Origin: an uncultured Bacilli bacterium
GTDB lineage: Bacteria > Bacillota_I > Bacilli_A > RF39 > UBA660
Assembly: GCA_934096105.1 (NCBI GenBank)
Contig: CAKOLH010000004.1
Coordinates: 2,494 to 66,493 of the forward strand
DNA: 64,000 nt
Direction: 5' to 3'
Shown: positions 1 to 11,538 of the stretch, in pieces
Layout of the letters: each line of letters starts with the position of its first letter
Position numbering within the stretch: position 1 is the stretch's first letter
Notes under the pieces: generated by a model
Told to the model about the DNA's origin: nothing
Database searches by the model: none
What the model saw: the letters and a program-made list of their open reading frames with translations, nothing else
Position numbers and translations under genes: made by a program

Positions 1-1
1 T

Positions 2-769
2 TTTATTAATATTTTAGATATAGATTATTATACTGTTAAAGAATATATGAAATATTTATATTCACTTAATATTAGTAAGAGTTCTATATCTAGAAAGTTA
101 AGTAGTATAAGAGGTTTATATAATTACTTAGTAAGAGAAGATATAGTTAAAGATAATTATTTTAATAGAATTAATAATCCTAAGAAAGATAAGTATTTAC
201 CTAAGTTTTTAAAGGATGAAGAAGCTAATAAAATATTTGAAGTATGTAAGTATGATACTCCAATTAATCAGAGAAATAGTGTTATTATAGAACTATTATA
301 TGCTACTGGTATTAGAGTTAGTGAACTAGTTAATATTAAAGTATCTGATATTGATATTAATGAGAGAACTATTAAAGTAGTAGGTAAAGGTAGTAAAGAG
401 AGAATGGTTATATTTAATAATCATACTAAGAAGGCTATAGAGATATATTTAAATGATGGATATCATGAATTTAATAAACTTAGTAGTGGTTATTTAATTC
501 TTAATAAAGATGGTAATAAATTATCTGAACGATATATTAGAAATATTATTAATAAGTTAGTTACTAAGGCTGGACTAGATATTAAGATAAGTCCACATAC
601 TTTTAGACATACTTTTGCTACTGATATGTTAGAGGATGGATCTGACTTAATGACTGTTAAAGAATTATTAGGACATGAATCACTTAATACGACGAGTATA
701 TATACCCATGTTACTAATGAACAAATAAGAAAAGTATATGAAATGGCTCATCCAAGGGCTAAGAAGTAA
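2..769 (+). CDS. Tyrosine site-specific recombinase, XerC/XerD family (5' end truncated by window edge)
   Basis: Frame is open from nt 2 with no stop before the ATG at 47. Catalytic-domain motifs are ATGIRVSEL (Arg), HTFRHTFAT (H-x-x-R) and LGHESLNTTSIYTHV (His...Tyr). Confidence 0.85.
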   Translation, partial: FINILDIDYYTVKEYMKYLYSLNISKSSISRKLSSIRGLYNYLVREDIVKDNYFNRINNPKKDKYLPKFLKDEEANKIFEVCKYDTPINQRNSVIIELLYATGIRVSELVNIKVSDIDINERTIKVVGKGSKERMVIFNNHTKKAIEIYLNDGYHEFNKLSSGYLILNKDGNKLSERYIRNIINKLVTKAGLDIKISPHTFRHTFATDMLEDGSDLMTVKELLGHESLNTTSIYTHVTNEQIRKVYEMAHPRAKK

Positions 770-781
770 GGAGTAATTATT

Positions 782-1396
782 ATGGCAAAGTTATATTTTA
801 AATTTGGGGCAATGAAGTGTGGTAAAACTACGGATATTATTAAGACTTATTATAATTATAAAGAGAAAGATTTAAATGTACTTATTATGAAACCAGGAGA
901 TGATACAAAGGCTGGCAGTAAGATTCAAAGTAGATCAGGAGCTGAACTTGATACTGACTATGTAGTAGGATCTGATGTTAATGTATATAACTTAATAGGC
1001 TATCATATAATTAATCATAATTTAGACTGTATAATTGTTGATGAAGCTCAGTTTTTAACACCTAAACAAGTCGATGAACTTACTGATGTTGTAGATAATT
1101 ATGATATACCAGTATTATGTTATGGACTAAGAGCGGATGCTTTTTCCTATATGTTTCCTGGTAGTAAGAGATTATTTGAAGTAGCAGATGTTTTTGAAGA
1201 GTTAAAAGCAGTATGTAAATGTGGTAGTAAAGCTACATATAATTTAAGGTTAAAAAGAACAGATAATGGATTAGTACCAACATTTACTGGAGAACAAATA
1301 TCTATTGATGGTCAAGGTGATGAATATGATTCAGTATGTAGACCCTGTTATAAGAAACTAAGGAGAAAATATGTCAAAGAGGAAGAAAATAAATAA
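782..1396 (+). CDS. tdk: Thymidine kinase
   Basis: P-loop GAMKCGKT, VDEAQF motif and a C-terminal Cys cluster (CKCG...CRPC). About 200 aa, typical of type II TK. Confidence 0.9.
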   Translation: MAKLYFKFGAMKCGKTTDIIKTYYNYKEKDLNVLIMKPGDDTKAGSKIQSRSGAELDTDYVVGSDVNVYNLIGYHIINHNLDCIIVDEAQFLTPKQVDELTDVVDNYDIPVLCYGLRADAFSYMFPGSKRLFEVADVFEELKAVCKCGSKATYNLRLKRTDNGLVPTFTGEQISIDGQGDEYDSVCRPCYKKLRRKYVKEEENK

Positions 1397-2540
1397 AAAG
1401 AAATTATTTATTATAATTGGTAGTATATTATTACTTATTGTAATAGGAGTTAGTATTTTCTTATTTACTAGTAAGAAGAATGTTAAAGATATATTTAAAT
1501 ATAAAGATAAGATTACTATTGAAGTTGGTAGTACATTACCAGTAGTTAATGATTATTTATATAAGAACACTGATTCTGATATAGAAATAGAATGGACTGG
1601 TATTGAAAGTGAGGATAATAAGATATATAAACCTGGTATTTATTATGGTAGTTTTATGTATGATAACGAGAAGAAGAATATTACTTTGGTAGTAGAGGAT
1701 ACTAAGGCTCCTGTTATCGAAGGGGTAAAAGATTATGAAATGCTAGCTTATGAGAAGGTACCTAACTTCTTAGAGAATGTTACTGTAAGTGATAATAGTA
1801 TGGAAGAGATTACTCCTAAAATAGAGGGGGAGTATGATAGTGAGAAAGTTGGTACTTATAATCTTAAATGCACAGCCTCTGATTCTAGTGGGAATACTTC
1901 AAGTAAAGAATTTAAACTTGTTGTAAAAGAAAATAGTAATGTTAAGATTAGCAAGACTAAGAAGGGTAATACAATAAAGAATTATTATGGTATTACTTAT
2001 ATTGACGATGTTATTATTGCTAATAAGTCTTATTCTTTACCTAGTAACTTTGTTCCTAATAATTTGGTTACGATAAATGGTTATATTAGAGTAGTAGATT
2101 ATGTAAGAGATGCTTTTAATGAACTTAAGAGTGATAGTTCAGTACTTGGCCTTAATATATATGCTTCTTCGGGATATAGATCTTATAGTGATCAAAAATA
2201 TATATATGATAATTATGTAAGAATGGATGGTAAGGAGAAGGCTGATACTTATTCTTCAAGAGCGGGCTACTCAGATCATCAGACTGGTCTTACCATTGAT
2301 TTGAATACGGTAAATATTTCATTTGCTGGTACTAATGAGAGTAATTGGCTTAAGGATAACTGCTGGAAGTATGGTTTTATTATTAGATATCCTGAAGGTA
2401 AAGATAGTATTACAGGATATACTTATGAACCATGGCATATTAGATATGTTGGTAAAGAATTAGCTAAAACTTTATATAATAATGGTAACTGGTTATCTCT
2501 TGAGGAATACTTTGGTATTGATAGTAAATATAGTGATTAG
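1371..2540 (+). CDS. Membrane-anchored D-alanyl-D-alanine carboxypeptidase, VanY/peptidase M15B family
   Basis: N-terminal TM helix. C-terminal motifs are SGYRSYSDQ, SDHQTGLTIDL and EPWHIRYVG, the zinc ligands of the VanY fold. Confidence 0.8.
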   Translation: MSKRKKINKKKLFIIIGSILLLIVIGVSIFLFTSKKNVKDIFKYKDKITIEVGSTLPVVNDYLYKNTDSDIEIEWTGIESEDNKIYKPGIYYGSFMYDNEKKNITLVVEDTKAPVIEGVKDYEMLAYEKVPNFLENVTVSDNSMEEITPKIEGEYDSEKVGTYNLKCTASDSSGNTSSKEFKLVVKENSNVKISKTKKGNTIKNYYGITYIDDVIIANKSYSLPSNFVPNNLVTINGYIRVVDYVRDAFNELKSDSSVLGLNIYASSGYRSYSDQKYIYDNYVRMDGKEKADTYSSRAGYSDHQTGLTIDLNTVNISFAGTNESNWLKDNCWKYGFIIRYPEGKDSITGYTYEPWHIRYVGKELAKTLYNNGNWLSLEEYFGIDSKYSD

Positions 2541-2572
2541 ATAAGTGATAGTGATATTGCTTATCTTTTTTC
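2539..2572 (+). terminator. Putative intrinsic terminator after the VanY-like gene
   Basis: AGATAAG ... CTTATCT stem followed by a T-run. Confidence 0.5.
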
Positions 2573-2573
2573 T

Positions 2574-2668
2574 ATGCACTATAAGCCTTACTACGCAAGT
2601 CTTATTAGTGTTACTTTTAGCCTAGAGTAGTCTAAAAGTAAATACTTTGTATCTATTATATATAAGAG
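2574..2668 (-). repeat. Dispersed structured intergenic repeat, inverted-orientation copy (copy E)
   Basis: The reverse complement reads CTTATATATAATAGATA...TTACTTTTAG-actactctagg-CTAAAAGTAA-CACTAATAAGACTTGCgtaGTAAGGCTTATAGTG. It is collinear with the copies at 22287, 29302, 31168 and 46626. Confidence 0.7.
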
Positions 2669-2791
2669 AGAGGTATTTATTTAGCCTTTATAAAATAGGG
2701 ATATTTGGGCTATTTTATGGTTAAAAATAAGCTATTTAATTAAAATGTAAAGCGAAATGTCAAAAAAGTTAAAAAAATGTTCTTTTTTTAC

Positions 2792-2820
2792 TTGATTTTA
2801 ATAGAATTATAGGGTATAAT
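2792..2820 (+). promoter_or_regulatory. Sigma-A type promoter of the S10 operon
   Basis: TTGATT (2792-2797), 17-nt spacer, TATAAT (2815-2820). A roughly 130-nt relatively GC-rich 5' UTR follows before rpsJ and may be an autoregulatory leader. Confidence 0.6.
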
Positions 2821-2953
2821 TGTAGAAGTGTGACTGGCTTAGATGTGCGAAGTTGCTGATACACCAGGTTAAGTTGTCAAATAAAATAAAGGTATATCAG
2901 GTAATTCGTTCGGAGCTATGCCTATACAAGATATAGACGAAGGGAGGACAACT

Positions 2954-3262
2954 ATGGCAAAAGAAGTAGTGAGAATCAAATTAAAATCTTACGACCATAG
3001 AGTTCTTGATAATGCAGCTGCTAAAATAGTAGCTACAGTTAAGAGAACTGGTGGTGAGGTATCTGGTCCTGTACCATTACCAACTGAAATTGAAAAAATA
3101 ACAATTTTAAGAGCGGTACATAAGTACAAGGATTCAAGAGAGCAATTTGAAAAGAGAACTCACAAGAGATTAATCGACATCAATAACCCAAGTAAAGAAA
3201 CTATTGAAGCACTTGCTCATTTAGATTTACCTAGTGGTGTTGATATACAAATTAAAAAATAA
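2954..3262 (+). CDS. rpsJ: 30S ribosomal protein S10
   Basis: [15 protein letters not shown]... with a GAAGGGAGGA RBS just upstream. The ORF-track start at 2918 is probably too early. First gene of the S10 operon. Confidence 0.95.
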   Translation: MAKEVVRIKLKSYDHRVLDNAAAKIVATVKRTGGEVSGPVPLPTEIEKITILRAVHKYKDSREQFEKRTHKRLIDINNPSKETIEALAHLDLPSGVDIQIKK

Positions 3263-3276
3263 TATAGGAGGAAAAA

Positions 3277-4047
3277 ATGAAAGGAATCTTAGGAAGAAAA
3301 AAAGGGATGACTGAAGTATTTACTGCTGATGGAAAACTTATTCCTGTAACTGTTATTGAAGTTGAAGATAATGTTGTATCTCAAATTAAAACTAAAGAAT
3401 CTGATGGATATGATGCTATACAACTTGCTACAGTAGAGAAAAAAGCTTCTAGAAGTAATAAACCAGAAACAGGTCATCTAAAAAAAGCTAATACTACCCC
3501 TAAGCGCTTCTTGAAGGAAATTAGAGGTGCAAGTGTTAGTGAGTATGCTTTAGGAGATGTTCTTAAGGCTGATACTTTTGCTGCAGGAGAAATGGTAGAT
3601 GTTACCGGCACTTCTAAAGGTAAAGGTTTTCAAGGTGTTATTAAAAGACACAATCAAAGTAGAGGACCTATGACTCACGGATCTCAATACCATAGAGGAG
3701 TAGGATCAATGGGTACACTATTACCTATGAGAGTTTTACCAGGAAAGAAATTACCTGGACATATGGGTCATGAACAAGTAACTATTCAAAATCTTGAAGT
3801 TATTAGTGTTGACCTAGAAAATAATGTTATCTTAATTAAGGGAAGCGTTCCTGGACCTAAAAACTCTTTGGTACTTGTTAGAACTTCAGTTAAGACTGGC
3901 GATAAAGTAAATGAACCAGTAGAATTAATCGTTTATGAAGAAGGTAAAACTTCTGAAGAAGTAGTTGAAGAAACTATGGAAACTATTAACGAAGAATTAG
4001 CTGCTGAAGAAGATAGCACAGAAGAATCACAAGAAACTGCTGAATAG
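3277..4047 (+). CDS. rplC: 50S ribosomal protein L3 with an acidic C-terminal extension
   Basis: [15 protein letters not shown]...VTVIEV. Operon position fits. The last 45 aa or so are E/T-rich and are not part of the usual L3 core. Confidence 0.95.
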   Translation: MKGILGRKKGMTEVFTADGKLIPVTVIEVEDNVVSQIKTKESDGYDAIQLATVEKKASRSNKPETGHLKKANTTPKRFLKEIRGASVSEYALGDVLKADTFAAGEMVDVTGTSKGKGFQGVIKRHNQSRGPMTHGSQYHRGVGSMGTLLPMRVLPGKKLPGHMGHEQVTIQNLEVISVDLENNVILIKGSVPGPKNSLVLVRTSVKTGDKVNEPVELIVYEEGKTSEEVVEETMETINEELAAEEDSTEESQETAE

Positions 4048-4098
4048 TTAGTACTATAAAAATATTAAAAGTTGTTTGTGATGATAAAGGAGGAAATT

Positions 4099-4728
4099 AT
4101 GTCTAAGAAAATAGATGTTTTAAGTCTAAAAGGCGAAAAGGTAAAGGATATAAAATTAGAAGATAACATATTTAACATTGAACCTAACGATGCAGTTGTT
4201 AAAGACGCAATAGTAGCTGCAATGGCAGGTGCAAGACAAGGAACTGCTAGTGTTAAGACAAGAGCAGAAGTATCTGGTGGTGGAAGAAAGCCATACAGAC
4301 AAAAAGGAACTGGTAATGCAAGACAAGGTAGTATCAGAGCTACTCAATACCGTCATGGTGGTATAGCATTTGGACCAGTACCAAGAGATTATTCAAAGAA
4401 AATGAATAAGAAAGAAAAGAGATTAGCACTTAAGAGTGCATTATCTTATAAAGTATTAGATAAAGAGTTAGTAGTAGTATCTACTATTGAATTTGAAACT
4501 AATAAAACTAAAGAAATGGTAAATTTATTAGAAGGATTAAATCTTACTAATCATAAGGTATTAGTATGTGTTAAAGAACTTACTGACAATGTTTGTTTAG
4601 CTGCTAGAAACTTAGCTAATGTAAAAGTTGTTTTACCAAGTGAAATTAATACTTTTGATTTGATATCTTCAGATAATTTATTAATTGAAGAAGAAGCATT
4701 AACTATGCTAGAGGAGGTGCTTAAATAA
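4099..4728 (+). CDS. rplD: 50S ribosomal protein L4
   Basis: [22 protein letters not shown] motif. AAGGAGG RBS before the ATG at 4099. Confidence 0.95.
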   Translation: MSKKIDVLSLKGEKVKDIKLEDNIFNIEPNDAVVKDAIVAAMAGARQGTASVKTRAEVSGGGRKPYRQKGTGNARQGSIRATQYRHGGIAFGPVPRDYSKKMNKKEKRLALKSALSYKVLDKELVVVSTIEFETNKTKEMVNLLEGLNLTNHKVLVCVKELTDNVCLAARNLANVKVVLPSEINTFDLISSDNLLIEEEALTMLEEVLK

Positions 4729-5006
4729 TGAATAATTATTTAGATATAATCTTAGCACCAGTTATTACTGAGAAAACTGCTAATATGGAAGCAGAAGGAA
4801 AATATGCTTTCAAAGTAGCAAATAAAGCTAATAAAACTGAAATTAAACAAGCTATCGAAAAGAAGTTTGGTGTTAAAGTTGAAAAAGTAAATATTACTAA
4901 TTCTCATCCTAAGAAAAAGAGAGTTGGAAAATATACTGGTATGACTAGTAAATATAAGAAAGCTATAGTAACTTTAAAGAAAGGTGAAACTATTAGTTTC
5001 GACTAG
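4728..5006 (+). CDS. rplW: 50S ribosomal protein L23
   Basis: [11 protein letters not shown]-terminus, about 92 aa, operon order. Confidence 0.95.
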   Translation: MNNYLDIILAPVITEKTANMEAEGKYAFKVANKANKTEIKQAIEKKFGVKVEKVNITNSHPKKKRVGKYTGMTSKYKKAIVTLKKGETISFD

Positions 5007-5021
5007 TAAGGAGGAAATATA

Positions 5022-5852
5022 ATGGCAATAAGAGTTTATAAACCAATGACTGCTGGTACAAGACAAAGATCTGTACTAACTAGTGAAGAAATTACTAAGA
5101 CTACTCCTGAAAAAAGTTTAACAGTTACTAAGAAAAAGACTAATGGTAGAAATAATCAAGGTAAAATTACTGTTAGACACAGAGGTGGCGGAGTAAAAAG
5201 AAAATACAGATTAATCGACTTTAAGAGAAGAAAAGATGGAGTAACAGCTCTTGTATCTGCTATTGAATATGATCCAAATAGAAGTGCTAATATAGCATTA
5301 ATCACTTATAAAGATGGTGAGAAAGCTTATATTATAGCTCCTAAAGGATTAACAGTAGGTACAGTAGTAGAATCTGGTGAAAATGTTGATATTAAAGTAG
5401 GAAATGCACTTCCTATAATGAACATTCCAGTAGGTACTGTTATTCATAATATTGAATTAAAACCTGGTAAGGGTGCAGCTTTAGCAAGAAGTGCTGGTGC
5501 AAGTGCTCAAATACTTGGTAGAGAAGATAAATATGTATTAATAAGATTAAGTAGTGGTGAAACAAGAAAGATTTTAGGTACTTGTAGAGCTACTATCGGT
5601 GTAGTAGGAAATGAAGACTACTCTCTAGTTAAGATTGGTAAAGCAGGAAGAACTAGACATAAAGGATTCAGACCTACAGTACGTGGTTCTGTTATGAACC
5701 CTAATGATCACCCACATGGTGGTGGTGAAGGTAGAGCTCCAATTGGTAGATCAGGACCAATGACTCCTTGGGGTAAACCAGCTCTAGGATATAAGACTAG
5801 AAAGAATAAGAAAGCGTCAGATAAATATATCGTGTCTAGACGTAAGAAATAA
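5022..5852 (+). CDS. rplB: 50S ribosomal protein L2
   Basis: MAIRVYKP..., [24 protein letters not shown] motifs. Confidence 0.97.
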   Translation: MAIRVYKPMTAGTRQRSVLTSEEITKTTPEKSLTVTKKKTNGRNNQGKITVRHRGGGVKRKYRLIDFKRRKDGVTALVSAIEYDPNRSANIALITYKDGEKAYIIAPKGLTVGTVVESGENVDIKVGNALPIMNIPVGTVIHNIELKPGKGAALARSAGASAQILGREDKYVLIRLSSGETRKILGTCRATIGVVGNEDYSLVKIGKAGRTRHKGFRPTVRGSVMNPNDHPHGGGEGRAPIGRSGPMTPWGKPALGYKTRKNKKASDKYIVSRRKK

Positions 5853-5868
5853 AGAAAGGAAGATTTAA

Positions 5869-6135
5869 ATGGCTAGAAGTATTAAAAAAGGACCTTATGT
5901 CTTTGAAAGATTATTAAAAAGAGTAAGAGCATTAAACGAATCTGGTAAGAAGGAAGTTATTAAAACTTGGTCTCGTCGTTCAACAATCTATCCTGAATTT
6001 ATTGGTCATACTTTTGCAGTACATAACGGAAAAGAATTTATTCCAGTTTATGTTACAGAAGATATGGTTGGACACAAATTAGGTGAATTTTCTCTAACAA
6101 GAAAATTTGGTGGACACGGATCAGATAAGAAATAA
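5869..6135 (+). CDS. rpsS: 30S ribosomal protein S19
   Basis: [11 protein letters not shown]... and [23 protein letters not shown]. Confidence 0.97.
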   Translation: MARSIKKGPYVFERLLKRVRALNESGKKEVIKTWSRRSTIYPEFIGHTFAVHNGKEFIPVYVTEDMVGHKLGEFSLTRKFGGHGSDKK

Positions 6136-6155
6136 TTTTCTAAAGGAGGACAAAA

Positions 6156-6497
6156 ATGGAAAGAACTGAAGCTAAAGCAGTAGCAAAAACAGTTAGAATA
6201 TCTCCTAGAAAGACTAGACTTATTATTGATTTAATAAGAGGTAAGAGTGTTGAAGAAGCAAGAGCTATTCTTGCTAACCAACCTCAAAGAGCATCTAGAG
6301 TTATTTCTAAAGTATTAGAAAGTGCTACAGCAAATGCTGTTAATAACTTTGGCATGAAGGAAGAAAATCTTTATGTTAAGACATGTTTCGTTGATGAAGC
6401 ATTAGTAATTAAAAGAATTAAATTTGATTCAAGAGGTCGTACAGGAAGAAACGATCATAAGACAAGTCACATTACTGTAATAGTGGCTGAGAAATAA
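6156..6497 (+). CDS. rplV: 50S ribosomal protein L22
   Basis: [17 protein letters not shown] motif, operon order. Confidence 0.95.
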   Translation: MERTEAKAVAKTVRISPRKTRLIIDLIRGKSVEEARAILANQPQRASRVISKVLESATANAVNNFGMKEENLYVKTCFVDEALVIKRIKFDSRGRTGRNDHKTSHITVIVAEK

Positions 6498-6514
6498 GTG
6501 AGGAGGAGCGTTTA

Positions 6515-7177
6515 ATGGGACAAAAAGTCAGTCCAACAGGACTTAGAATTGGTATCAATAAAGATTGGGAATCAAAATGGTATGCTGAAAAAGACTTTTC
6601 TAAATATTTAACTAACGATTATAAAATTCGTAAATATTTAAATAAGAAATTCAAAAATGCTGGTATTTCTAAAATCGTTATTGAAAGAAATCCTAAGAGA
6701 AATGAAGTCTTTATCTATGCTGCTAAACCAGGATTAATAATTGGTCAAAGTGGTACTGAAATTGAAAAGGTAAAGAAAGAAGTTTCAAAACTAGTTAAAG
6801 AAGACATTCAAATATCTGTTGTTGAAATAAAGAACCCAGATATGGTTGCACAAATAGTTGCAGATACAATTGCTCATAATATTGAAAACCGTGTTTCATT
6901 TAGAGTAGCTCAAAAGAAAGCTATTAGAAACACTATGAAAGCTGGAGCAAAAGGAATTAAAACATTAGTATCAGGAAGACTAGGAGGAGCTGATATTGCT
7001 CGTGGTGAAGGATATTCTGAAGGAACTATTCCTCTACATACAATAAGAGCGGATATCGATTATGCTACTAGTGAAGCAGATACTACTTATGGAAAAATCG
7101 GTGTAAAGGTATGGATCTATAAAGGTGAAATACTAGATAAGGGAGGTAATTCTCATGTTGATGCCAAAAAGAACTAA
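6515..7177 (+). CDS. rpsC: 30S ribosomal protein S3
   Basis: [13 protein letters not shown]... with a KH-domain core. Confidence 0.97.
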   Translation: MGQKVSPTGLRIGINKDWESKWYAEKDFSKYLTNDYKIRKYLNKKFKNAGISKIVIERNPKRNEVFIYAAKPGLIIGQSGTEIEKVKKEVSKLVKEDIQISVVEIKNPDMVAQIVADTIAHNIENRVSFRVAQKKAIRNTMKAGAKGIKTLVSGRLGGADIARGEGYSEGTIPLHTIRADIDYATSEADTTYGKIGVKVWIYKGEILDKGGNSHVDAKKN

Positions 7178-7586
7178 ACATAGAAAAACTTTCCGTTTAC
7201 CTTATGAAGGAAAGAGTAAAGGTAATACTGAACTTCATTTTGGAAGTTATGGTTTAATGGCAAAAGAAGGAGCTTGGATTACAGCTAATCAAATCGAAGC
7301 AGCCAGAATAGCTATGACTAGATATATGAAGAGAGGTGGTAAAGTTTGGATTAATATATTCCCTAACTTATCACTTACTAAGAAACCTCTAGAAACTAGA
7401 CAAGGTAAAGGTAAAGGTAATCCAGAAGTATGGGTTGCAGTTGTTAAAGAAGGTAAAATTATGTTTGAAATAGATGGCGTAGATGAAGCTACTGCTAGAG
7501 AAGCATTAAGACTTGCTTCACATAAGTTACCTATCAAATGTAAGTTTGTAAAGAAAGAAGAAAGTGGTGAAATAAATGAAAACTAA
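7155..7586 (+). CDS. rplP: 50S ribosomal protein L16
   Basis: [11 protein letters not shown]... Overlaps the rpsC 3' end, as is typical. Confidence 0.97.
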   Translation: MLMPKRTKHRKTFRLPYEGKSKGNTELHFGSYGLMAKEGAWITANQIEAARIAMTRYMKRGGKVWINIFPNLSLTKKPLETRQGKGKGNPEVWVAVVKEGKIMFEIDGVDEATAREALRLASHKLPIKCKFVKKEESGEINEN

Positions 7587-7767
7587 TGAACTTAGAAAAT
7601 TAACCACAGAAGATTTAAATAAAAAAATCGCAGAATGTAAAGAAGAACTTTTCAATTTAAGAATGCAAAAGGCTACTGGTATGCTAGAAAAACCTTCTAG
7701 AATACATGAATTAAGAAAAGAAGTAGCAAGAATAAATACTATTCTTAATGAGAGAAGAGAAGGGTAA
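7576..7767 (+). CDS. rpmC: 50S ribosomal protein L29
   Basis: 63 aa, [10 protein letters not shown]...LFNLRMQ motif, operon order. Confidence 0.93.
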   Translation: MKTNELRKLTTEDLNKKIAECKEELFNLRMQKATGMLEKPSRIHELRKEVARINTILNERREG

Positions 7768-7781
7768 GTGAGGTGTAAGTT

Positions 7782-8036
7782 ATGAAAGAAAGAAAAGAAT
7801 TAATCGGTGTAGTTGTTTCAGATAAAGCTGATAAGACTATTACAGTTAAAGTTGAAACTTACAAGAAACATCCATTATATGGAAAAAGAGTTAAATATTC
7901 AAAGAAATATGCTGCTCACGATGAAAATAATATGGCACATGTTGGAGATAAAGTTCGCTTAGCCCAAACTAGACCATTATCTAAAACAAAGAGATATGAA
8001 CTAGTAGAAGTAATAGAGAAAGCTGTTATTCTATAA
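7782..8036 (+). CDS. rpsQ: 30S ribosomal protein S17
   Basis: 84 aa, [17 protein letters not shown]...HPLYGK motif. Confidence 0.95.
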   Translation: MKERKELIGVVVSDKADKTITVKVETYKKHPLYGKRVKYSKKYAAHDENNMAHVGDKVRLAQTRPLSKTKRYELVEVIEKAVIL

Positions 8037-8063
8037 GCTCTTTAGTCGGAAGGAGGAAATAAT

Positions 8064-8432
8064 ATGGTACAACAAGAAACGCGTCTAAAAGTCGCAGATA
8101 ACTGTGGAGCTCGTGAAGTATTAGTAATCAGAGTTCTAGGTGGAAGTAAAGTAAAAACAGGTAATATTGGAGATATAGTTGTATGTACAGTTAAGAAAGC
8201 TACTCCTAATGGTACTATAAAAGCAGGTAAAGTAGTAAAAGCCGTTATAGTAAGAACTAAAAGAGGAGTTAGAAGAGACGACGGAAGTTATATTAGATTT
8301 GATGATAACGCATGTGTTATTATTAAAGATGATAAGAGTCCAGTAGGTACACGTATTTTAGGTCCAGTAGCACGTGAACTTAGAGATAAAGAATTTACTA
8401 AGATTGTAAGTTTAGCTAAAGATGTGTTATAG
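8064..8432 (+). CDS. rplN: 50S ribosomal protein L14
   Basis: [19 protein letters not shown]... Confidence 0.97.
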   Translation: MVQQETRLKVADNCGAREVLVIRVLGGSKVKTGNIGDIVVCTVKKATPNGTIKAGKVVKAVIVRTKRGVRRDDGSYIRFDDNACVIIKDDKSPVGTRILGPVARELRDKEFTKIVSLAKDVL

Positions 8433-8451
8433 GATGTAAGGAGGATATAAT

Positions 8452-8757
8452 ATGAAACTAAAAACTGGTGATAAAGTAGTAGTAGTTTCTGGTTCAAATA
8501 AAGGTAAGGAAGGAAAAATTACTAAGATCTTAGATTCTAGAGTTATCGTTGAAGGTGTTAACATTGTTAAGAAACATTTAAAACCTAAAAACAATAATGG
8601 TAATGGTGAAATAATCGAAACTGAAGCACCTATACATGTATCTAATGTAATGTTAGTAGATCCTAAGACAAAGAAACCTACTAAGGTAAAAATAGACAAA
8701 GATAGTAAAGGCAAGAAGATTAGAATATCTAAAAAGTCTAATGAAAAAATAGATTAA
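8452..8757 (+). CDS. rplX: 50S ribosomal protein L24
   Basis: MKLKTGDKVVVVSGSNKGKEG (KOW motif). Confidence 0.95.
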   Translation: MKLKTGDKVVVVSGSNKGKEGKITKILDSRVIVEGVNIVKKHLKPKNNNGNGEIIETEAPIHVSNVMLVDPKTKKPTKVKIDKDSKGKKIRISKKSNEKID

Positions 8758-8816
8758 TTATTATAGGAGTGAACATCCTAATATAATTTAGAGATTTGGA
8801 AGGAGGGCGAGCTAGA

Positions 8817-9356
8817 ATGAACCGCCTAAGAGAAAAATATATTAAAGAAGTTGTTCCAAGTTTAACAGAAAAGTATAATTATTCTACACCTATGTTAGTT
8901 CCTAAACTAGAAAAAGTAGTTGTTAATATGGGAGTAGGAGATGCTACTGTTAATTCAAAAAATCTAGAAAATGCTGTAAATGAATTAGAAAAAATTACAG
9001 GACTTAAAGCTGTAGAAACTACCGCTAAAAAATCAATAGCTTCATTTAAAGTAAGAGAAGGACATAAAATTGGTTGTAAAGTTACTCTAAGAGGAGAAAA
9101 GATGTATACTTTCTTAGATAAGTTAATATCTATCTCTTTACCTAGAGTTAGAGATTTCAGAGGACTTTCTCCAAAAAGTTTTGATGGAAGAGGAAATTAT
9201 ACAATCGGTATTAAAGAACAAATTATCTTCCCAGAAATTAATTTTGATGAAGTAGAAAAAGTTAGAGGTATGGATGTAGTATTAGTTACTACTGCTAAAA
9301 CTAATGAAGAAGCATTTGATTTATTAAAAGAACTTGGAGTTCCTTTTAGGAAATAA
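8817..9356 (+). CDS. rplE: 50S ribosomal protein L5
   Basis: [14 protein letters not shown]... with a GGAAGGAGGG RBS upstream. The track start at 8796 (TTG) lies inside the RBS. Confidence 0.95.
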   Translation: MNRLREKYIKEVVPSLTEKYNYSTPMLVPKLEKVVVNMGVGDATVNSKNLENAVNELEKITGLKAVETTAKKSIASFKVREGHKIGCKVTLRGEKMYTFLDKLISISLPRVRDFRGLSPKSFDGRGNYTIGIKEQIIFPEINFDEVEKVRGMDVVLVTTAKTNEEAFDLLKELGVPFRK

Positions 9357-9372
9357 AGAAGAGGAGACTAAG

Positions 9373-9558
9373 ATGGCAAGAAAATCAATGATTGTTAAAT
9401 CAGAAAGAGAACCTAAATTTAAGGTTAGAAAATACACTAGATGTAAAATTTGTGGAAGACCTCATGCAGTTCTTAAGAAATATGGAATTTGCCGTATTTG
9501 TTTTAGAGAACTTGCTTACAAAGGTCAAATACCTGGTGTAAAGAAATCAAGTTGGTAA
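9373..9558 (+). CDS. rpsN: 30S ribosomal protein S14, zinc-binding type Z (61 aa)
   Basis: MARKSMIVK...[10 protein letters not shown]...CRICFRE (CxxC...CxxC) with a GAGGAG RBS. The track start at 9334 overlaps the rplE end. Confidence 0.95.
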   Translation: MARKSMIVKSEREPKFKVRKYTRCKICGRPHAVLKKYGICRICFRELAYKGQIPGVKKSSW

Positions 9559-9589
9559 ACCCAAAAATTAAAAGAAGGAGGGATTAATA

Positions 9590-9979
9590 ATGACAGATCC
9601 AATCGCAGATATGCTTACAAGAATACGTAATGCTAATCAAAATAGAAGTGCCTCTTGTGAAATCCCAGCATCTAATATGAAAGAAGAAATTGCTAAAATT
9701 CTAAAGAATGAAGGATTTATAGAGGATTATAAAATTGAAGGCGAAACTGCTAATAGAATGATGACATTAACATTAAAATATAAAAATAAAGAAAGAGTTA
9801 TTACTGGACTTAAGAGAATTTCTAAACCTGGTCTAAGAGTATATGCTGGTGCTGATGAGCTTCCTACTGTACTTAATGGTCTTGGTATAGCAATTATCTC
9901 TACATCTAAAGGAATTATGACTGATAAAGAGGCTAGAAAGAATTCCTTAGGTGGAGAAGTAATAGCTTATGTATGGTAA
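9590..9979 (+). CDS. rpsH: 30S ribosomal protein S8
   Basis: [15 protein letters not shown]... Confidence 0.97.
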   Translation: MTDPIADMLTRIRNANQNRSASCEIPASNMKEEIAKILKNEGFIEDYKIEGETANRMMTLTLKYKNKERVITGLKRISKPGLRVYAGADELPTVLNGLGIAIISTSKGIMTDKEARKNSLGGEVIAYVW

Positions 9980-9988
9980 GGTGAAATA

Positions 9989-10528
9989 ATGAGCCGTATT
10001 GGTAAAAGAGCTTTATCTATACCTGAAAATGTTAATGTTAATGTAGAAAATAATGTTGTTACTGTTAAAGGACCTAAAGGAGAACTTACTTTAGATCTAG
10101 TAAAGAACATTAGTGTTAAAGTAGTTGATAATACTGTAGTAGTTGAACCACTTAAAGATGATAAATTTACTCATGCTATGCATGGTACTACTAATGCTAA
10201 CATTAAGAATATGATTGAAGGCGTTAGTAATGGTTATAAGAAAGGATTAGAAATCGTTGGTGTTGGTTATAAGTTTAATGCTAGTGGCAATAAGCTTACT
10301 ATATCAGCAGGATATTCTCATCCAGTGGTTATAGATGTACCTAATGGTTTATCTGTAGCTCAAATAAGTAATACTGAAATCGAAATATCAGGAATCGATA
10401 AGGTAAAAGTTGGTGAATTTGCCGCTAATATAAGAAAAGTAAGAAGTCCAGAACCATATAAGGGTAAAGGTATTAAATACAAAGGTGAACAAATTCGTCG
10501 TAAAGAAGGAAAGAAAGCTTCTAAATAA
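9989..10528 (+). CDS. rplF: 50S ribosomal protein L6
   Basis: MSRIGKRALSIPENV... Confidence 0.96.
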   Translation: MSRIGKRALSIPENVNVNVENNVVTVKGPKGELTLDLVKNISVKVVDNTVVVEPLKDDKFTHAMHGTTNANIKNMIEGVSNGYKKGLEIVGVGYKFNASGNKLTISAGYSHPVVIDVPNGLSVAQISNTEIEISGIDKVKVGEFAANIRKVRSPEPYKGKGIKYKGEQIRRKEGKKASK

Positions 10529-10549
10529 TAAATAGGAGGAGACTTAAGT

Positions 10550-10912
10550 ATGATTAAGAAAGTTTCAAGAAATGAAATGAGAAAAGTTAGACACACAAGA
10601 ATCAGAGAAAATTTGTCTGGTACTAGTGAAAGACCTAGACTTTGTGTGTTCAGATCTAATGCAAATATTGAAGCTCAAATCATTGACGATGTTAAGGGTG
10701 TTACTTTAGTTAGTGCATCATCATTAGAAAAAGAATTAAATCTTAAAAATGGTGGTAACATAGAAGCTGCTAAAGTAATTGGAGCTGAAGTTGCAAAAAG
10801 AGCTAAGAAAGCAAAAATAAATGCCGTTGTATTTGATAGAGGAGGATATCTTTATCATGGACGTGTTCAAGCTTTAGCAGAAGCTGCACGTGAAAATGGC
10901 TTAGAATTCTAG
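10550..10912 (+). CDS. rplR: 50S ribosomal protein L18
   Basis: [10 protein letters not shown]...[21 protein letters not shown]. Confidence 0.96.
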   Translation: MIKKVSRNEMRKVRHTRIRENLSGTSERPRLCVFRSNANIEAQIIDDVKGVTLVSASSLEKELNLKNGGNIEAAKVIGAEVAKRAKKAKINAVVFDRGGYLYHGRVQALAEAARENGLEF

Positions 10913-10932
10913 ATCATTAGGAGGAATAGTAA

Positions 10933-11538
10933 ATGAACGAAGAAAATAAAAAGACTGAAGTTACTGAAAATAAAAAAGAAGTAAGTAAAACTGAAGTAAA
11001 TAAAACTCGTAAGTTTGATAAGAAAAGACCTAGAAACAATAATAGACCTTCTAAACCTAAATCTGACTTAGAGGATAAGGTTATTGAAATAAGAAGAGTA
11101 ACTAAAGTTGTTAAAGGTGGTAGACAATTTAGATTTGCTGCTACTGTAGTAGTAGGAAATAGAAAAGGACTAGTAGGTCTTGGTACTGGTAAAGCTCATG
11201 AAATGCCAGATGCAGTTAAGAAAGCTACACAAGCTGCTAGTAAGAATTTAATTAAAGTTGACCTTGTTGATAATAGAACTATATCTCATGATATTATAGT
11301 AAAAGAAGGAGCATGTAAGGTAATGCTTAAACCTGCTAAAGAAGGTACTGGAGTTAAGGCTGGTGGACCAGTTAGAGATGTACTTGAACTTGCTGGTGTT
11401 AAAGATGTATTATCTAAGAGTCAAGGATCTAGTACTAAGATTAATGCTGCTAGAGCTACTCTAAATGCTTTAAAGGGACAAAAATCTCTTGCTCACGTTG
11501 CTTACTTAAGAGATAAGAATGTGGAGGAAATAAGATAA
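10933..11538 (+). CDS. rpsE: 30S ribosomal protein S5 with a Lys/Asn-rich N-terminal extension
   Basis: [23 protein letters not shown] core. The roughly 45-aa N-terminal extension is not part of the usual S5. Confidence 0.95.
   Translation: MNEENKKTEVTENKKEVSKTEVNKTRKFDKKRPRNNNRPSKPKSDLEDKVIEIRRVTKVVKGGRQFRFAATVVVGNRKGLVGLGTGKAHEMPDAVKKATQAASKNLIKVDLVDNRTISHDIIVKEGACKVMLKPAKEGTGVKAGGPVRDVLELAGVKDVLSKSQGSSTKINAARATLNALKGQKSLAHVAYLRDKNVEEIR

Noticed and set aside
2-769. Whether the tyrosine recombinase at the window start is a prophage or island integrase
   Set aside because: Its motifs and size fit chromosomal XerC/XerD. It is followed directly by housekeeping tdk. No att-like repeats, tRNA target or phage genes are nearby. 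This cannot be fully excluded because the upstream sequence is not visible.
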